From assembly GCF_020852615.1 (NCBI RefSeq), contig NZ_JADZAJ010000023.1, forward strand, positions 92,967 through 156,966: a stretch of DNA of 64,000 nucleotides, in the 5' to 3' direction. Below, in pieces: positions 53,439 to 63,145 of the stretch. The stretch is from Nitrosomonas sp. Lineage in GTDB: Bacteria > Pseudomonadota > Gammaproteobacteria > Burkholderiales > Nitrosomonadaceae. Below the pieces are notes generated by a model that saw nothing but the letters and a program-made list of their open reading frames with translations, was not told the origin of the DNA and did not search any database. Position numbers and translations under genes: made by a program. Within the stretch, counting starts at the first letter, position 1; every line of letters begins with the position of its first letter.

Positions 53439-54596
53439 TTATTTGTCTATAACATTGGATGGTCTGTATTTCTGGTTAGAGTGATTGATTTTCTGAATGA
53501 CAGAGCTGTCCAGGCTCCCCGTGTATTCCTGTACCGGTTGGGCTGGAGGATTTCCGATAAAAGGCTGAATATTGCCCTTGTCCGCAATAGGGCGAACGTA
53601 CTCACCAGTCCAGGTAAGATCAGGCAGTACATTTTTATATTTATCCGGAACCCAGCCGGCTAACCCCGGCAGCTTCACCAATAGCACGGTCAGGATGCGG
53701 TAACTGATTTTAAGTGAGTTTCTGGGCATTTCCTGCACATCGGGACTGAATGCAGGATTGGATATTCTGCCTAAATCGAGATTTAACCCTTGCGCAGCAG
53801 CCTTGCCTGCCATCCATTCCAGTGCCAGATCGGATAATCCGGTGCTGTCATAACCGCCTCCGATATTGGAATGCACACCAGGAAACCATTGCTGCTCGAA
53901 ATTCGAGGGATTGTGCCTGCTGCCCGGGCTCATCAGTGTCGGCTGAAACGGTAATCGCCGTTCGTCAACAGCCAGGGCGTGATAAGCACTTTCAATGATG
54001 GAGCTGAGCTGCGTATCGTGAAATCCGGTTTTGAATAATTTATCGGCGATCGAGCCCAGAATGACACCAAAGGGCATCCCCAAAGCACCAACCGTATCAA
54101 AGACACCCAGGAATTTAACGGTTTCATTCCCGCGGGTATGTTCCTGCCTGAATGCCTGCGCAGCAGATGCATCCGGGTGCCAGTCAGGAGATTTATCTTT
54201 GTAAATCTCATAAGCGCGATCAATCAGATATATTTTTTCGCGTTTCAGTATGCCACTGTTGCGAATCAGGCCGGCAAGACTCCTTGCCGCATAGGCGCCA
54301 CGACTGAAACCAAAGATAAAAATTTCATCACCCGTCTCGTAATTACTGACCAGAAACCGGTAACCTTCCTTGATGTTGTCAGAAATGCCGTAACCGAATC
54401 CACCTCCTTTAAGCCGCTCGGACTGTCTGGTGCCAACCCCGCGAATGTATTGCACAAGCTGGGGCATGTCCTGCTTATCAGCGGGAAGGGCGGCCTCAAA
54501 GAGTTTGGTAATGTTGGTGGGGCAGGATCGCCCGTTTCTGTCATGCTGATCCTCACGATTCCATGTTCCATCAAAAAATACAGCCAGTTTTTTCAT
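53439..54596 (-). CDS. DUF2235 (Tle1-like alpha/beta hydrolase) protein
   Basis: FFDGTWN, TNITKL, GFSRGAYAARSLAG, FDTVGALG, HALAVDERR, WFPGVHSNIGGG. Confidence 0.9.
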   Translation of the reverse strand: MKKLAVFFDGTWNREDQHDRNGRSCPTNITKLFEAALPADKQDMPQLVQYIRGVGTRQSERLKGGGFGYGISDNIKEGYRFLVSNYETGDEIFIFGFSRGAYAARSLAGLIRNSGILKREKIYLIDRAYEIYKDKSPDWHPDASAAQAFRQEHTRGNETVKFLGVFDTVGALGMPFGVILGSIADKLFKTGFHDTQLSSIIESAYHALAVDERRLPFQPTLMSPGSRHNPSNFEQQWFPGVHSNIGGGYDSTGLSDLALEWMAGKAAAQGLNLDLGRISNPAFSPDVQEMPRNSLKISYRILTVLLVKLPGLAGWVPDKYKNVLPDLTWTGEYVRPIADKGNIQPFIGNPPAQPVQEYTGSLDSSVIQKINHSNQKYRPSNVIDK

Positions 54597-54983
54597 GATT
54601 CAGCCCCTCCCGAAACGGATTATCCAGACTAAATAATTAGACCAGTTGGATCAGGCTTTGTTAAGAAGTAGATGAAGTACAGGAATCTGTTATGTATGGC
54701 TCATCCAGCGTTTCAGTTTCTTGGGAATCAGGGAAAAGATTCGCTATATCACATTGATTTAATTGTTAATAAATTTTAAAAAACAGGGTTTTTCAAGGTA
54801 TTCTATTGGCGCAGTAAAAGCAGAGAATTTCTGAAAGATGTCAGCAGGGCAATTTTTAGAGATTCCGTAACATAATCAGCCAGCTTTGGCGCATCACGCT
54901 GCAAAATTACCACCATCTGGTATGGACTAAACCGGTATTTTCAGGGTTCCCGGGTAACTGACAAGAATAAAAAAGGAGATTTT

Positions 54984-57362
54984 ATGGATACAGCATCACA
55001 CAAGTGGCATTTTTTCCGCTCGGGTGGATTTGATCAGGTTCGTCTGGAAACAGGGGAAGATATTCAGGCACTGGCAGAACTTGATCCCAAGCTGTGGGCA
55101 GCATTGAGCTGTCCGGTAGCCAATCTGGAGTTTGACCGGAAAACCCTGGAATTTCTTGATACGGACCAGGATGGCCATGTCCGGGTAACGGAAATCATCG
55201 CAGCGGTGAACTGGGCCACAGCCATGTTGAAAGAGCCGGGCAGTCTGCTTGAAGAATCACCGTTACTGCCTTTGCAGGCCATCAATGACGGCAGCAAAGA
55301 AGGCGCCGCCCTGCTGGCTTCTGCCAAACAGATTCTGCATAACCTGGGTAAAGATGATGCAGAAGTGATCGGGATTGATGACACGGCCGATCTGACCAAA
55401 ATTTTTGCCAGCACAAAATTCAATGGTGACGGCGTTGTGCCGCCCGCTGCAGCAGCGGATACAGACACTCGCGTCGTGATGGAAGAAATCATGGCCTGTG
55501 CGGGATCCGAGCTGGATCGCTCAGGTTCACCGGGCGTTTCAGAAGAAAACGTCAACCACTTCTTTGATGAAGCGCGCGCCTGTTCAGAATGGTGGCAGGA
55601 AGCCGAGCAGGACGCAAACAGCATATTGATATTAGGAGAGGCAACCGGGGCGGCCAGGGTGGTTTTTGACAACATCAGGATCAAGATCGATGATTATTTT
55701 ACCCGTTGTCACCTGGCGGAGTTTGATCAGCGCGCGAGCGATTCCCTGAACCCGGTACTGGCAGGTTATGAGGCACTTGCCGGCCGGAATCTTTCCCCGG
55801 CTTCTGAACAGCTGATCGATTTGCCATTAGCCAGAATTGAGGCGACACAACCGCTGTCACTGATAAGCGGAATCAATCCGGCCTGGTCACAGGCTGTAAC
55901 AGAATTCAGGAATCAGGTGGTGACTCCGCTGATGGGGGTGCGCGATGCATTAACCAGCGAGGAATGGAAAAATTTGTGTCAGAAATTTGCGGCACATCAG
56001 GCCTGGCTGGATAACAAACGGGGAGCGGCGGTAGAGAGTCTGGGCATTCAGCGCATCCGCAGTATTTTGTCAGGTGGCTATCAGGATGCGATTCTGGCGC
56101 TGATCCAGAAGGACAAGTCTCTGGCCAGTGCTTCTGATGCAATCGAATCGGTAGAAAAGCTGATTCGTTATCATCATCATTTGTTTCAGTTGCTGAACAA
56201 CTTTGTATCCTTCCGCGATTTCTACACGGGTCGCGCCAGGGCAGTTTTTCAGGTGGGGACATTGTATCTGGACGGACGCAGTTGTGATTTCTGTCTGCAT
56301 ATCGGCGATGTCGCACAACACAGCACCATGGCAGCACTGAGTGGCACTTATCTGGCGTATTGCACATGTAAACGGCGCGGCGATGCTGATCAGCAGATTA
56401 ATATTGTCGCAGCCTTTACCAATGGCGATGCAGATAACCTGATGGTGGGACGTAACGGCATTTTTTACGACTGCAGAGGGCAGGACTGGGATGCAACCAT
56501 CACCAGGATTGTGGAACACCCGATCAGCGTACGGCAGGCATTCTGGTATCCGTATAAACGGATTGGCAAGATGATTGGTGAACAGATTGAAAAAATCACC
56601 AGTGCACGTGAACAGGCCGTGCAGGATCAGGCTGCTGCCGGTATTACAGGTGCCACGCAGACAGCGGAAGCGGGCAAGGCGCCTCCGGTACCATTTGATG
56701 TCGGTAAATTTGCCGGTATTTTTGCAGCCATTGGTCTGGCGGTTGGCGCAATCGGCACGGCGATTGCTTCCGTGGTAACAGGATTTCTCAGCCTGGCATG
56801 GTGGCAAATGCCGTTGTCAATAGTGGGACTGATTCTGGTCATTTCCGGGCCTTCAGTATTGCTGGCCTATCTCAAATTGAGAAAGCGCAATCTGGCACCT
56901 TTGCTGGATGCCAACGGCTGGGCAATCAATACCCGTGCCATCATCAATATTCCTTTCGGCACTTCATTGACTCAAATAGCTGCCTTGCCACCTGGCGCTC
57001 AGCGCTCACTGAGTGATCCTTATGCCGAGAAAAAAACACCCTGGAAATCGTATCTGTTTATTTTGCTGCTGGCAGGGGGACTGATTTACCTGTGGCAGAC
57101 GGGTTATATCAATGAAAATACGGTGAACCAGTTGCGTGATCGCGTAACCGGCGCTATTACAGCACAGCCCGCAGTTAGCGAAGTAAATGAGACAAAAAAA
57201 GCGGGATCTGAAGAAAAAAGTACGACAGAAGCCCAACCTGCACCCGCAGCCAAACCTGCTGCCGGGTCAGAAAAAACCAGCGCCACAAGTGAGAAAGTGG
57301 TAACACCGGTGGTATCACCCGATACGGTAATACCGGCGGCAAAGCCTGCCAACACTAAATAA
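54984..57362 (+). CDS. Large uncharacterised membrane-anchored protein with EF-hand-like loop
   Basis: DTDQDGHVRVTE loop; C-terminal hydrophobic helices; P/A/E/K-rich tail. Confidence 0.75.
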   Translation: MDTASHKWHFFRSGGFDQVRLETGEDIQALAELDPKLWAALSCPVANLEFDRKTLEFLDTDQDGHVRVTEIIAAVNWATAMLKEPGSLLEESPLLPLQAINDGSKEGAALLASAKQILHNLGKDDAEVIGIDDTADLTKIFASTKFNGDGVVPPAAAADTDTRVVMEEIMACAGSELDRSGSPGVSEENVNHFFDEARACSEWWQEAEQDANSILILGEATGAARVVFDNIRIKIDDYFTRCHLAEFDQRASDSLNPVLAGYEALAGRNLSPASEQLIDLPLARIEATQPLSLISGINPAWSQAVTEFRNQVVTPLMGVRDALTSEEWKNLCQKFAAHQAWLDNKRGAAVESLGIQRIRSILSGGYQDAILALIQKDKSLASASDAIESVEKLIRYHHHLFQLLNNFVSFRDFYTGRARAVFQVGTLYLDGRSCDFCLHIGDVAQHSTMAALSGTYLAYCTCKRRGDADQQINIVAAFTNGDADNLMVGRNGIFYDCRGQDWDATITRIVEHPISVRQAFWYPYKRIGKMIGEQIEKITSAREQAVQDQAAAGITGATQTAEAGKAPPVPFDVGKFAGIFAAIGLAVGAIGTAIASVVTGFLSLAWWQMPLSIVGLILVISGPSVLLAYLKLRKRNLAPLLDANGWAINTRAIINIPFGTSLTQIAALPPGAQRSLSDPYAEKKTPWKSYLFILLLAGGLIYLWQTGYINENTVNQLRDRVTGAITAQPAVSEVNETKKAGSEEKSTTEAQPAPAAKPAAGSEKTSATSEKVVTPVVSPDTVIPAAKPANTK

Positions 57363-57421
57363 AAGTATCCTGAAATCTGCAGCATTGCAATGCGGGACTA
57401 AACAGCTAAGGAGTTTTCGTA

Positions 57422-58060
57422 ATGGATGAATCAACATGTGAACAGAGTTTTCCGGATTTTTTTGCTGATGCGCCTGCTGTGACCGTACAGGACCCGCTTG
57501 CCCGGTTTCTCGGTGCGGCACGTGACGGGGTCATGGAATACCGCTATGCCGATGCGGTACGGCTGGCGGGGCATTCCTGCCCGACGGTGGCCGGTACCTG
57601 GCTGATGACGCTGCACGGTCTGCGTGCGCTGTACGGGGATGAACTGCCGGTGCGTGGCGAAATTGAGGTTTACATGGCGGATGCACGCGATGCCGGCACT
57701 ACCGGCGTTATGGCTACGGTGGCGCAACTTGTCACCGGTGCAGCACCGGAAACCGGTTTTCATGGTATTGGCGGACGTTTTGGGCGCAATAACCTGCTGC
57801 ATTTCGATCAGCCGATGCAGGGCACGATCGGTTTGCGCCGCAAGGACACGGGAGCGGCAGTACAGGTGGAGCTGGATGCCTCGGTGGTGCCCTGGCCAGA
57901 TGAAATGCGTGCACTTCTCCCGAAGGCGGCGAGCGGACAGGCCAGTACGGCTGAGTTGCAGCGTTTTGGCGAGTTATGGCAGGAGCGTGTGCGCAAAATG
58001 CTGGTTGAGCATGCTGACGATGGGGCGATGGTGCAGGTAAGCAGCTGGACGGTGAGCTGA
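57422..58060 (+). CDS. FmdE-family protein
   Basis: YADAVRLAGHSCPTVAG (HxCP) motif. Confidence 0.8.
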   Translation: MDESTCEQSFPDFFADAPAVTVQDPLARFLGAARDGVMEYRYADAVRLAGHSCPTVAGTWLMTLHGLRALYGDELPVRGEIEVYMADARDAGTTGVMATVAQLVTGAAPETGFHGIGGRFGRNNLLHFDQPMQGTIGLRRKDTGAAVQVELDASVVPWPDEMRALLPKAASGQASTAELQRFGELWQERVRKMLVEHADDGAMVQVSSWTVS

Positions 58061-58115
58061 CATCGTATAAGTTTTCTGAAGACAGCCTGTTCTGTTTAAT
58101 TTGGATGGACTAAAA

Positions 58116-58817
58116 ATGAATTCAACTGGGAACACCGAAAAAAATACCAGTCTGCGCTGGCCGCATGTACTGCTGATTGTTACTGGTACGATCGCTCTGA
58201 CTATTATTGGAACTTACTGGGTACTCACCACCTATATTTTTGTTTCATCCTTTGAGCCGGTTGAGCTGAGCCAAAAGGAAGAAAAGACGTTACAACAGAA
58301 GCTTCGGTCGATTGGTTACGATTTTTCCTTCTCATCTTCGCAGGCAAACCAGAGGGATGACACCCGGAATGAGATCAGTAAAGAGGGATTCCTGAAGCCG
58401 GAAGCCTACTCCGAACAGGGAGCAAAGCGTGAGATCAGCTTTACCGAGCGGGAAATAAATGCATTGCTGGCCAAAAATACCGATCTTGCACAAAAACTGG
58501 CGATTGATTTTTCCAATGATCTGGTAAGTGCACGTCTGCTCATTCCGCTTGATGAAGATTTTCCGGTAATGGGCGGGAAAACGTTGCGTCTGAACGCCGG
58601 CCTTGGCATGGCTTATCGCAACGATAAGCCCATTATCATCCTCAAGGGTGTCAGTATCATGGGGGTGCCTGTTCCCAATGCCTGGCTGGGCGGGTTGAAA
58701 AATATGGATCTGGTCAGTGAATTTGGTGTGGATCCCGGTTTCTGGAAATCTTTTTCTGATGGGGTGGAGCACATTCAGGTAACGGATGGCAAGATCGACA
58801 TTCGTTTCAAAGAGTAA
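58116..58817 (+). CDS. Hypothetical single-pass membrane protein
   Basis: N-terminal TM; long open frame; start ATG 58116. Confidence 0.7.
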   Translation: MNSTGNTEKNTSLRWPHVLLIVTGTIALTIIGTYWVLTTYIFVSSFEPVELSQKEEKTLQQKLRSIGYDFSFSSSQANQRDDTRNEISKEGFLKPEAYSEQGAKREISFTEREINALLAKNTDLAQKLAIDFSNDLVSARLLIPLDEDFPVMGGKTLRLNAGLGMAYRNDKPIIILKGVSIMGVPVPNAWLGGLKNMDLVSEFGVDPGFWKSFSDGVEHIQVTDGKIDIRFKE

Positions 58818-58932
58818 TTTTCGAATATGTTTCCGGTTGTGGGGGAAATGGTCGGATCGGGCTTGCCGGGCAAGCGGTAAGCATTTCCAGTGCTGTTTAT
58901 GGCTTTCTTCAGGCAGCTGTGATTATGGTTTA

Positions 58933-58985
58933 GGAACCTCTTTTTAATACAAAAATGGCAACACAGGTAGTTTTTCAGAGGCTCC
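58933..58985. mobile_element. 53-bp mini-MITE with 4-bp target duplication
   Basis: TTTA|GGAACCTCT...AGAGGCTCC|TTTA; arms resemble those of the 19817-20090 MITE. Confidence 0.7.
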
Positions 58986-59870
58986 TTTACTGTTTTCTGC
59001 AGGCTGCATGATGCGCTTCACATCCCTCATGGCGGTCAGATAGGCAATGATTTCTTCTATGACCTTTTCCCGTTCCGGTATTTCTGCAGCCAGAGCTGGC
59101 ATGGTGGTGTTGTAGCGCAGGCTGGCCGGGTTGTCTATCCATTGCTTCAGGTATCCGGGGCTGAAGTATTCGGTTATGCTGACCGGGTAATTCAGTTCGG
59201 GTGCTTTGCCACCTCCCTGACCATTGATCGTATGGCACGCCATGCAGTATTTGCGAAAATGCAGAAATCCCCGCCTGGTTTCCGCAGATGCACCGGCTGG
59301 TGGAAACATTCCCGGAAAACGTGCCGCAAAAGAAGCCAGCTCAATATGGGCAATCTGATAAGGCATATCGGAAGCGCCTTCATCGAGCAAGGCGGGAGAT
59401 TTCAGGTTGTCCCATATCAGGTAAACAGGCCCCAGCGCGACAATTTCATGATTCTGGAGTGTGTTACTGAGTGTAAATGGGGTGTTGTCCGCACTGGCAA
59501 CAGCGAGATAAGCATCGTAAGTGAGGAATTTCACAACCGGAATGCCGGGCTGGTAGCCATCCCGGCAGGTGAAGATGATTTCATCCGCTGTTCGCCAGCC
59601 TGGACCGAACATCTGGTCAAAAATGGATTGTACTGGATAAACTTTGTATTGCCGCTCCCTGCCTTCGTGTACTTCAAAAACTTTCACAGTTTTCTGCCTG
59701 GCGAGGGTATTCAATTCTGTTGGCTTCAGAGATTTGACGAGCCCATCCGGATTTCTGAATTCGATAGGCACTTCAACCGCGTTGGCCTGTACACAAGCCG
59801 GACTGGTAAAAACGATTAGCAGAAATACACTCGTAAGTGCATGAAGCAGGGCATGAGGGTATAAAAGCAT
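58944..59870 (-). CDS. Periplasmic class I cytochrome c with N-terminal molybdopterin-oxidoreductase-like domain
   Basis: Signal peptide from ATG 59870; FTCRDGY and GPVYLIW segments; heme motif CMACH; distal Met in TTMP. Confidence 0.8.
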   Translation of the reverse strand: MLLYPHALLHALTSVFLLIVFTSPACVQANAVEVPIEFRNPDGLVKSLKPTELNTLARQKTVKVFEVHEGRERQYKVYPVQSIFDQMFGPGWRTADEIIFTCRDGYQPGIPVVKFLTYDAYLAVASADNTPFTLSNTLQNHEIVALGPVYLIWDNLKSPALLDEGASDMPYQIAHIELASFAARFPGMFPPAGASAETRRGFLHFRKYCMACHTINGQGGGKAPELNYPVSITEYFSPGYLKQWIDNPASLRYNTTMPALAAEIPEREKVIEEIIAYLTAMRDVKRIMQPAENSKGASEKLPVLPFLY

Positions 59871-60038
59871 TTGTTTATTATCCAATTTTTTTGAATCGAC
59901 AGGGGATCGGTCATCCGGAATATGCAGTATTTTCCAACTGTTTTTATATAGCCAGCGTATTTGTGATAAGTGGAAAGCAAACGAACAGCCCGACCTGTTC
60001 TTTATCGGCGCAGTGGCGGATGCCGCTACCGGCCATCC

Positions 60039-60322
60039 GGGTGGCTTCAATTTCCAGCGGGCCTGGTCCTCGGGCTGCGTCGCCAGGCAGCATCAGCATG
60101 TGCAGGTTTGTCTTGTTAACACCATGCCGGTATGATGAAATCGGTCGCGTGCCATACGTTGTTGCGCTCTTCGTTTGCCACGTATTTGCTGCAAGACAGC
60201 CATAATATTTGCACCGTACAGGGGAGTTGCCGGGGTACAAGAATATGGCAACAACCATGATCTGTACTTATGTATGAAACAGAGGCGGGCGTGGTGTGGC
60301 CGGGCCCGTCTGGCTGAATTTT
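60039..60322 (+). pseudogene. intI: Integron integrase C-terminal relic
   Basis: Frameshifted reading GWLQFPA...RQHQH...AGMMKSVACHTLLRSSFATYLLQDSHNICTVQ/ELPGYKNMATTMICTYV*NRGGRGVAGP versus IntI W.WVFPA...RRHH...CHTLRHSFATHLL..GYDIRTVQELLGH.DV.TTMIYTHVLNRGG.GV.SP. Confidence 0.85.
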
Positions 60323-60347
60323 AATCCACAACTTCAGGGACCTTTTT

Positions 60348-61835
60348 ATGACCGAGCCTCTCCTCATTGCCAAATCCGGCAACACTGAACTGGCTATTCT
60401 GCCGGGTATGGCCAATCGTCACGGGCTGATTGCCGGAGCAACCGGCACAGGCAAGACCATTACGCTGCAAAGTCTGGCAGAGCAGTTTTCGCGTGCCGGG
60501 GTGCCGGTGTTCATGGCGGATGTGAAGGGTGACCTTTCCGGCATGTCCCGGCCGGGCGGGGGTAATGCCAGGGTGGAAGCGCGTGTGGCGGAGCTGGGAT
60601 TGAAAGGCTTTAGCCACACGGCCTGCCCGGTGGTGTTCTGGGATGTGTTTGGCCAGAAGGGGCACCCGGTGCGAGCAACGGTATCTGATATGGGGCCGTT
60701 GCTGCTGGCGCGTATGCTGAATCTGAACGATACCCAGAGCGGGGTGCTGACAGCGATATTCCATATTGCCGATGACCATGGCTGGCTGCTGCTGGATCTG
60801 AAGGATCTGCGCGCGATGTTGCAGCATGCGGCGGAAAACGCCAGTAGCTACAGTGCGGAATACGGCAATATTTCTGCCGCCAGTGTCGGTGCCATCCAGC
60901 GCAGCTTGCTGCAACTGGAGCATGAGGGTGGCGATCGGCTGTTTGGCGAACCTGCGCTCAATTTTGGCGATCTGATGCAGATTACCGAAGACGGGCGCGG
61001 CGTAGTCAATATCCTGGCGGCAGAGACGCTTTACAACTCACCGCGCGCTTATGCCACGCTGCTTTTGTGGTTGCTTTCCGAGCTGTTCGAGAATCTTCCC
61101 GAAGTGGGTGATGTGGAAAAACCTCGACTGGTATTCTTTTTTGACGAAGCGCATCTGCTGTTCAACGAGGCGCCCGCTGCGCTGCTGTCCAGAATCGAAC
61201 AGGTGGTGCGGCTGATTCGCTCCAAGGGCGTTGGTGTGTATTTTGTCAGCCAGAATCCGCTGGATATTCCGGATGCGGTGTTGGGACAACTGGGAAACCG
61301 TGTCCAGCATGCCCTGCGCGCCTTTACACCACGCGACCAGAAAGCGGTGCGGGTGGCGGCCGAGACCTTTCGCCCCAATCCGCAAATCAATGTGGAGGCG
61401 GCCATTACCGAGATGGGTGTGGGCGAGGCGCTGGTTTCCCTGCTGGATGAAAAGGGACGCCCCCACCCTGTGGAGCGCGGCCTGGTCGTGCCGCCGGGAA
61501 GCCGGGTGGGGCCGGCCACCGAGACAGAGCGTCAGCAGGTCATTCGCGATTCCCAGTTGTACGGGCATTATGAACAGCTGGTGGATCGGGAATCAGCTTA
61601 TGAAATCCTCAAGGTACGCGTCGCAACATCGCCGGAACAAGCGCCGAATGAAGCCGATCGTGGCTTTAACTGGGGTGAGTTGCTGGGTGGCAGCACCGGA
61701 CCGCGCGGCGGGCGGCACGAGGGCGTCGTAGAGGCGATAGCCAGGAGCACAGCACGCACCATTGGCTCAGAGCTTGGGCGCCAAGTGATCCGTGGTGTGC
61801 TGGGTTCTATTTTTGGTGGCGGACGACGGCGCTGA
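60348..61835 (+). CDS. DUF853/YjgR HerA-like ATPase
   Basis: [51 protein letters not shown]. Confidence 0.92.
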   Translation: MTEPLLIAKSGNTELAILPGMANRHGLIAGATGTGKTITLQSLAEQFSRAGVPVFMADVKGDLSGMSRPGGGNARVEARVAELGLKGFSHTACPVVFWDVFGQKGHPVRATVSDMGPLLLARMLNLNDTQSGVLTAIFHIADDHGWLLLDLKDLRAMLQHAAENASSYSAEYGNISAASVGAIQRSLLQLEHEGGDRLFGEPALNFGDLMQITEDGRGVVNILAAETLYNSPRAYATLLLWLLSELFENLPEVGDVEKPRLVFFFDEAHLLFNEAPAALLSRIEQVVRLIRSKGVGVYFVSQNPLDIPDAVLGQLGNRVQHALRAFTPRDQKAVRVAAETFRPNPQINVEAAITEMGVGEALVSLLDEKGRPHPVERGLVVPPGSRVGPATETERQQVIRDSQLYGHYEQLVDRESAYEILKVRVATSPEQAPNEADRGFNWGELLGGSTGPRGGRHEGVVEAIARSTARTIGSELGRQVIRGVLGSIFGGGRRR

Positions 61836-61857
61836 ACCAACCGGGTGGGTGCATCAT

Positions 61858-61884
61858 AAAAAAGGCTGCAGGATCTGCAGCCTT
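61858..61884. terminator. Terminator between convergent genes
   Basis: AAGGCTGCAG-GAT-CTGCAGCCTT, with A-run giving a U-tail on the minus strand. Confidence 0.85.
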
Positions 61885-61966
61885 CGTGGTATTGGCACTT
61901 GCCAGCAACAAAATAGATGTCCTCTTTTGTTGCTTTGATTGAGGGTGCGTAACGCTCTGAGATACG

Positions 61967-63118
61967 TCAGTGTCCTGCAAGATTTGGCGTAATCAAATAG
62001 GGCCAACGATCGGCGTGAATAAGCATCTGTCCCCTGTTATTGAGTTTGGCGGCGAGGTCTTGGTTGATGTCCAGGCCAAGCGATCTGTTGAGATTATAGA
62101 AATTGTCCTTGATCCACAAATAGGTATGCCCGATTGATGCTCCCATCGGGGGTATCGGGTAAGAAGTTGACTGGTGACCGATTACCCAGTCCATATTATT
62201 TATGTCATACGTCTTGCACGAGTCTTTCTCGCAATCAATCGAATGGATCTCTCCGTCATATATTTTGAATCGATTTGCTTCATGGGCTACAAAATGCCCA
62301 ATATCATTTATTGCAGAAATCTGGCCACGCATTTCAGGTAATTCAAAAAATTCACCTTCAACAAATTTGAACGGACGACTTTTCTCGAAGACGTGCGGTT
62401 TTTTTGGATCAAGGATCGGGCCGGTATTTCCCCCGACAACCAGGCCCGATGCATTAATTACCGAATTGAAAAAGTAATGGAAGTTGTGGTACCAGTTTTT
62501 TTCTATCATGTGCAAACTTCCGCTAACATAAACGAAGCCAATAAATTTGTCTTTTTCGCCAGCAAGACCAAGGGCTCTGGTGTTTATTCCAACTGCGTCT
62601 CCCCGGTCATTCAAACCCAGTACCATGAAATCGCTGGTTGGCCAATCAACTTTCACAGGCTTTAATTTGCCAGGCTGCGCATAGGAAAGTACCAGGGAAT
62701 ATGCTGAGGTTTGATGAGTAAATTGCCCAGGCTGGCAGTACCCTGCGATTAATCCCGTATTGGTGATCGCTTTCAGCAAAAAATAGCCCTGGCACGGATC
62801 GTCAAATCTTGACAATTTTCCATCAGCAAAGATAAAGATCTGTCCCCGGGATGGGGGTGGCGGTGTATATATGCCAGCCACATGCCCCTTGTCATTTATG
62901 ACGTGCGCCTTTGCGTAACTGAAGCCGAACTTGGATCCCTTGTTTTTTATTTTAAGTTCATCGGGAATGATGGGTGTGACGGTGTAACGAAATGGCAATG
63001 CAGCCCCGCAGCCACTCAATAATGAAATAATCAGTGAAATAAGAAAAATGGAGAATATATTGCCGCAAGAGCCCGGTGGGGGAGTGCTCGCAGAAGACAT
63101 GGCGATGGAATTATTCAT
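61967..63118 (-). CDS. HAF-type extracellular repeat (beta-propeller) lipoprotein; probable integron cassette
   Basis: Lipobox LLSGC; seven IN..G..vG-like repeats; begins just after an attC crossover point. Confidence 0.75.
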   Translation of the reverse strand: MNNSIAMSSASTPPPGSCGNIFSIFLISLIISLLSGCGAALPFRYTVTPIIPDELKIKNKGSKFGFSYAKAHVINDKGHVAGIYTPPPPSRGQIFIFADGKLSRFDDPCQGYFLLKAITNTGLIAGYCQPGQFTHQTSAYSLVLSYAQPGKLKPVKVDWPTSDFMVLGLNDRGDAVGINTRALGLAGEKDKFIGFVYVSGSLHMIEKNWYHNFHYFFNSVINASGLVVGGNTGPILDPKKPHVFEKSRPFKFVEGEFFELPEMRGQISAINDIGHFVAHEANRFKIYDGEIHSIDCEKDSCKTYDINNMDWVIGHQSTSYPIPPMGASIGHTYLWIKDNFYNLNRSLGLDINQDLAAKLNNRGQMLIHADRWPYLITPNLAGH

Positions 63119-63145
63119 AGGCTTGAAATACAGATCCTTTGGCAA

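Noticed and set aside
59931-59952. Possible attI core (minus strand TAAAAACAGTTGGAA) between the intI relic and the cytochrome c gene
   Set aside because: The match is short and A-rich, and no attC was found after the cytochrome c gene, so it cannot be supported as a cassette
59871-60050. Long N-terminal extension of the cytochrome c ORF
   Set aside because: The signal peptide begins at ATG 59870; the extension runs into the intI relic region
61943-61990. Possible attC after the HAF lipoprotein (minus strand TCAGAGCGTTACGC)
   Set aside because: Only a right-end-like segment; no properly spaced RYYYAAC core or paired L boxes. At most a degraded site
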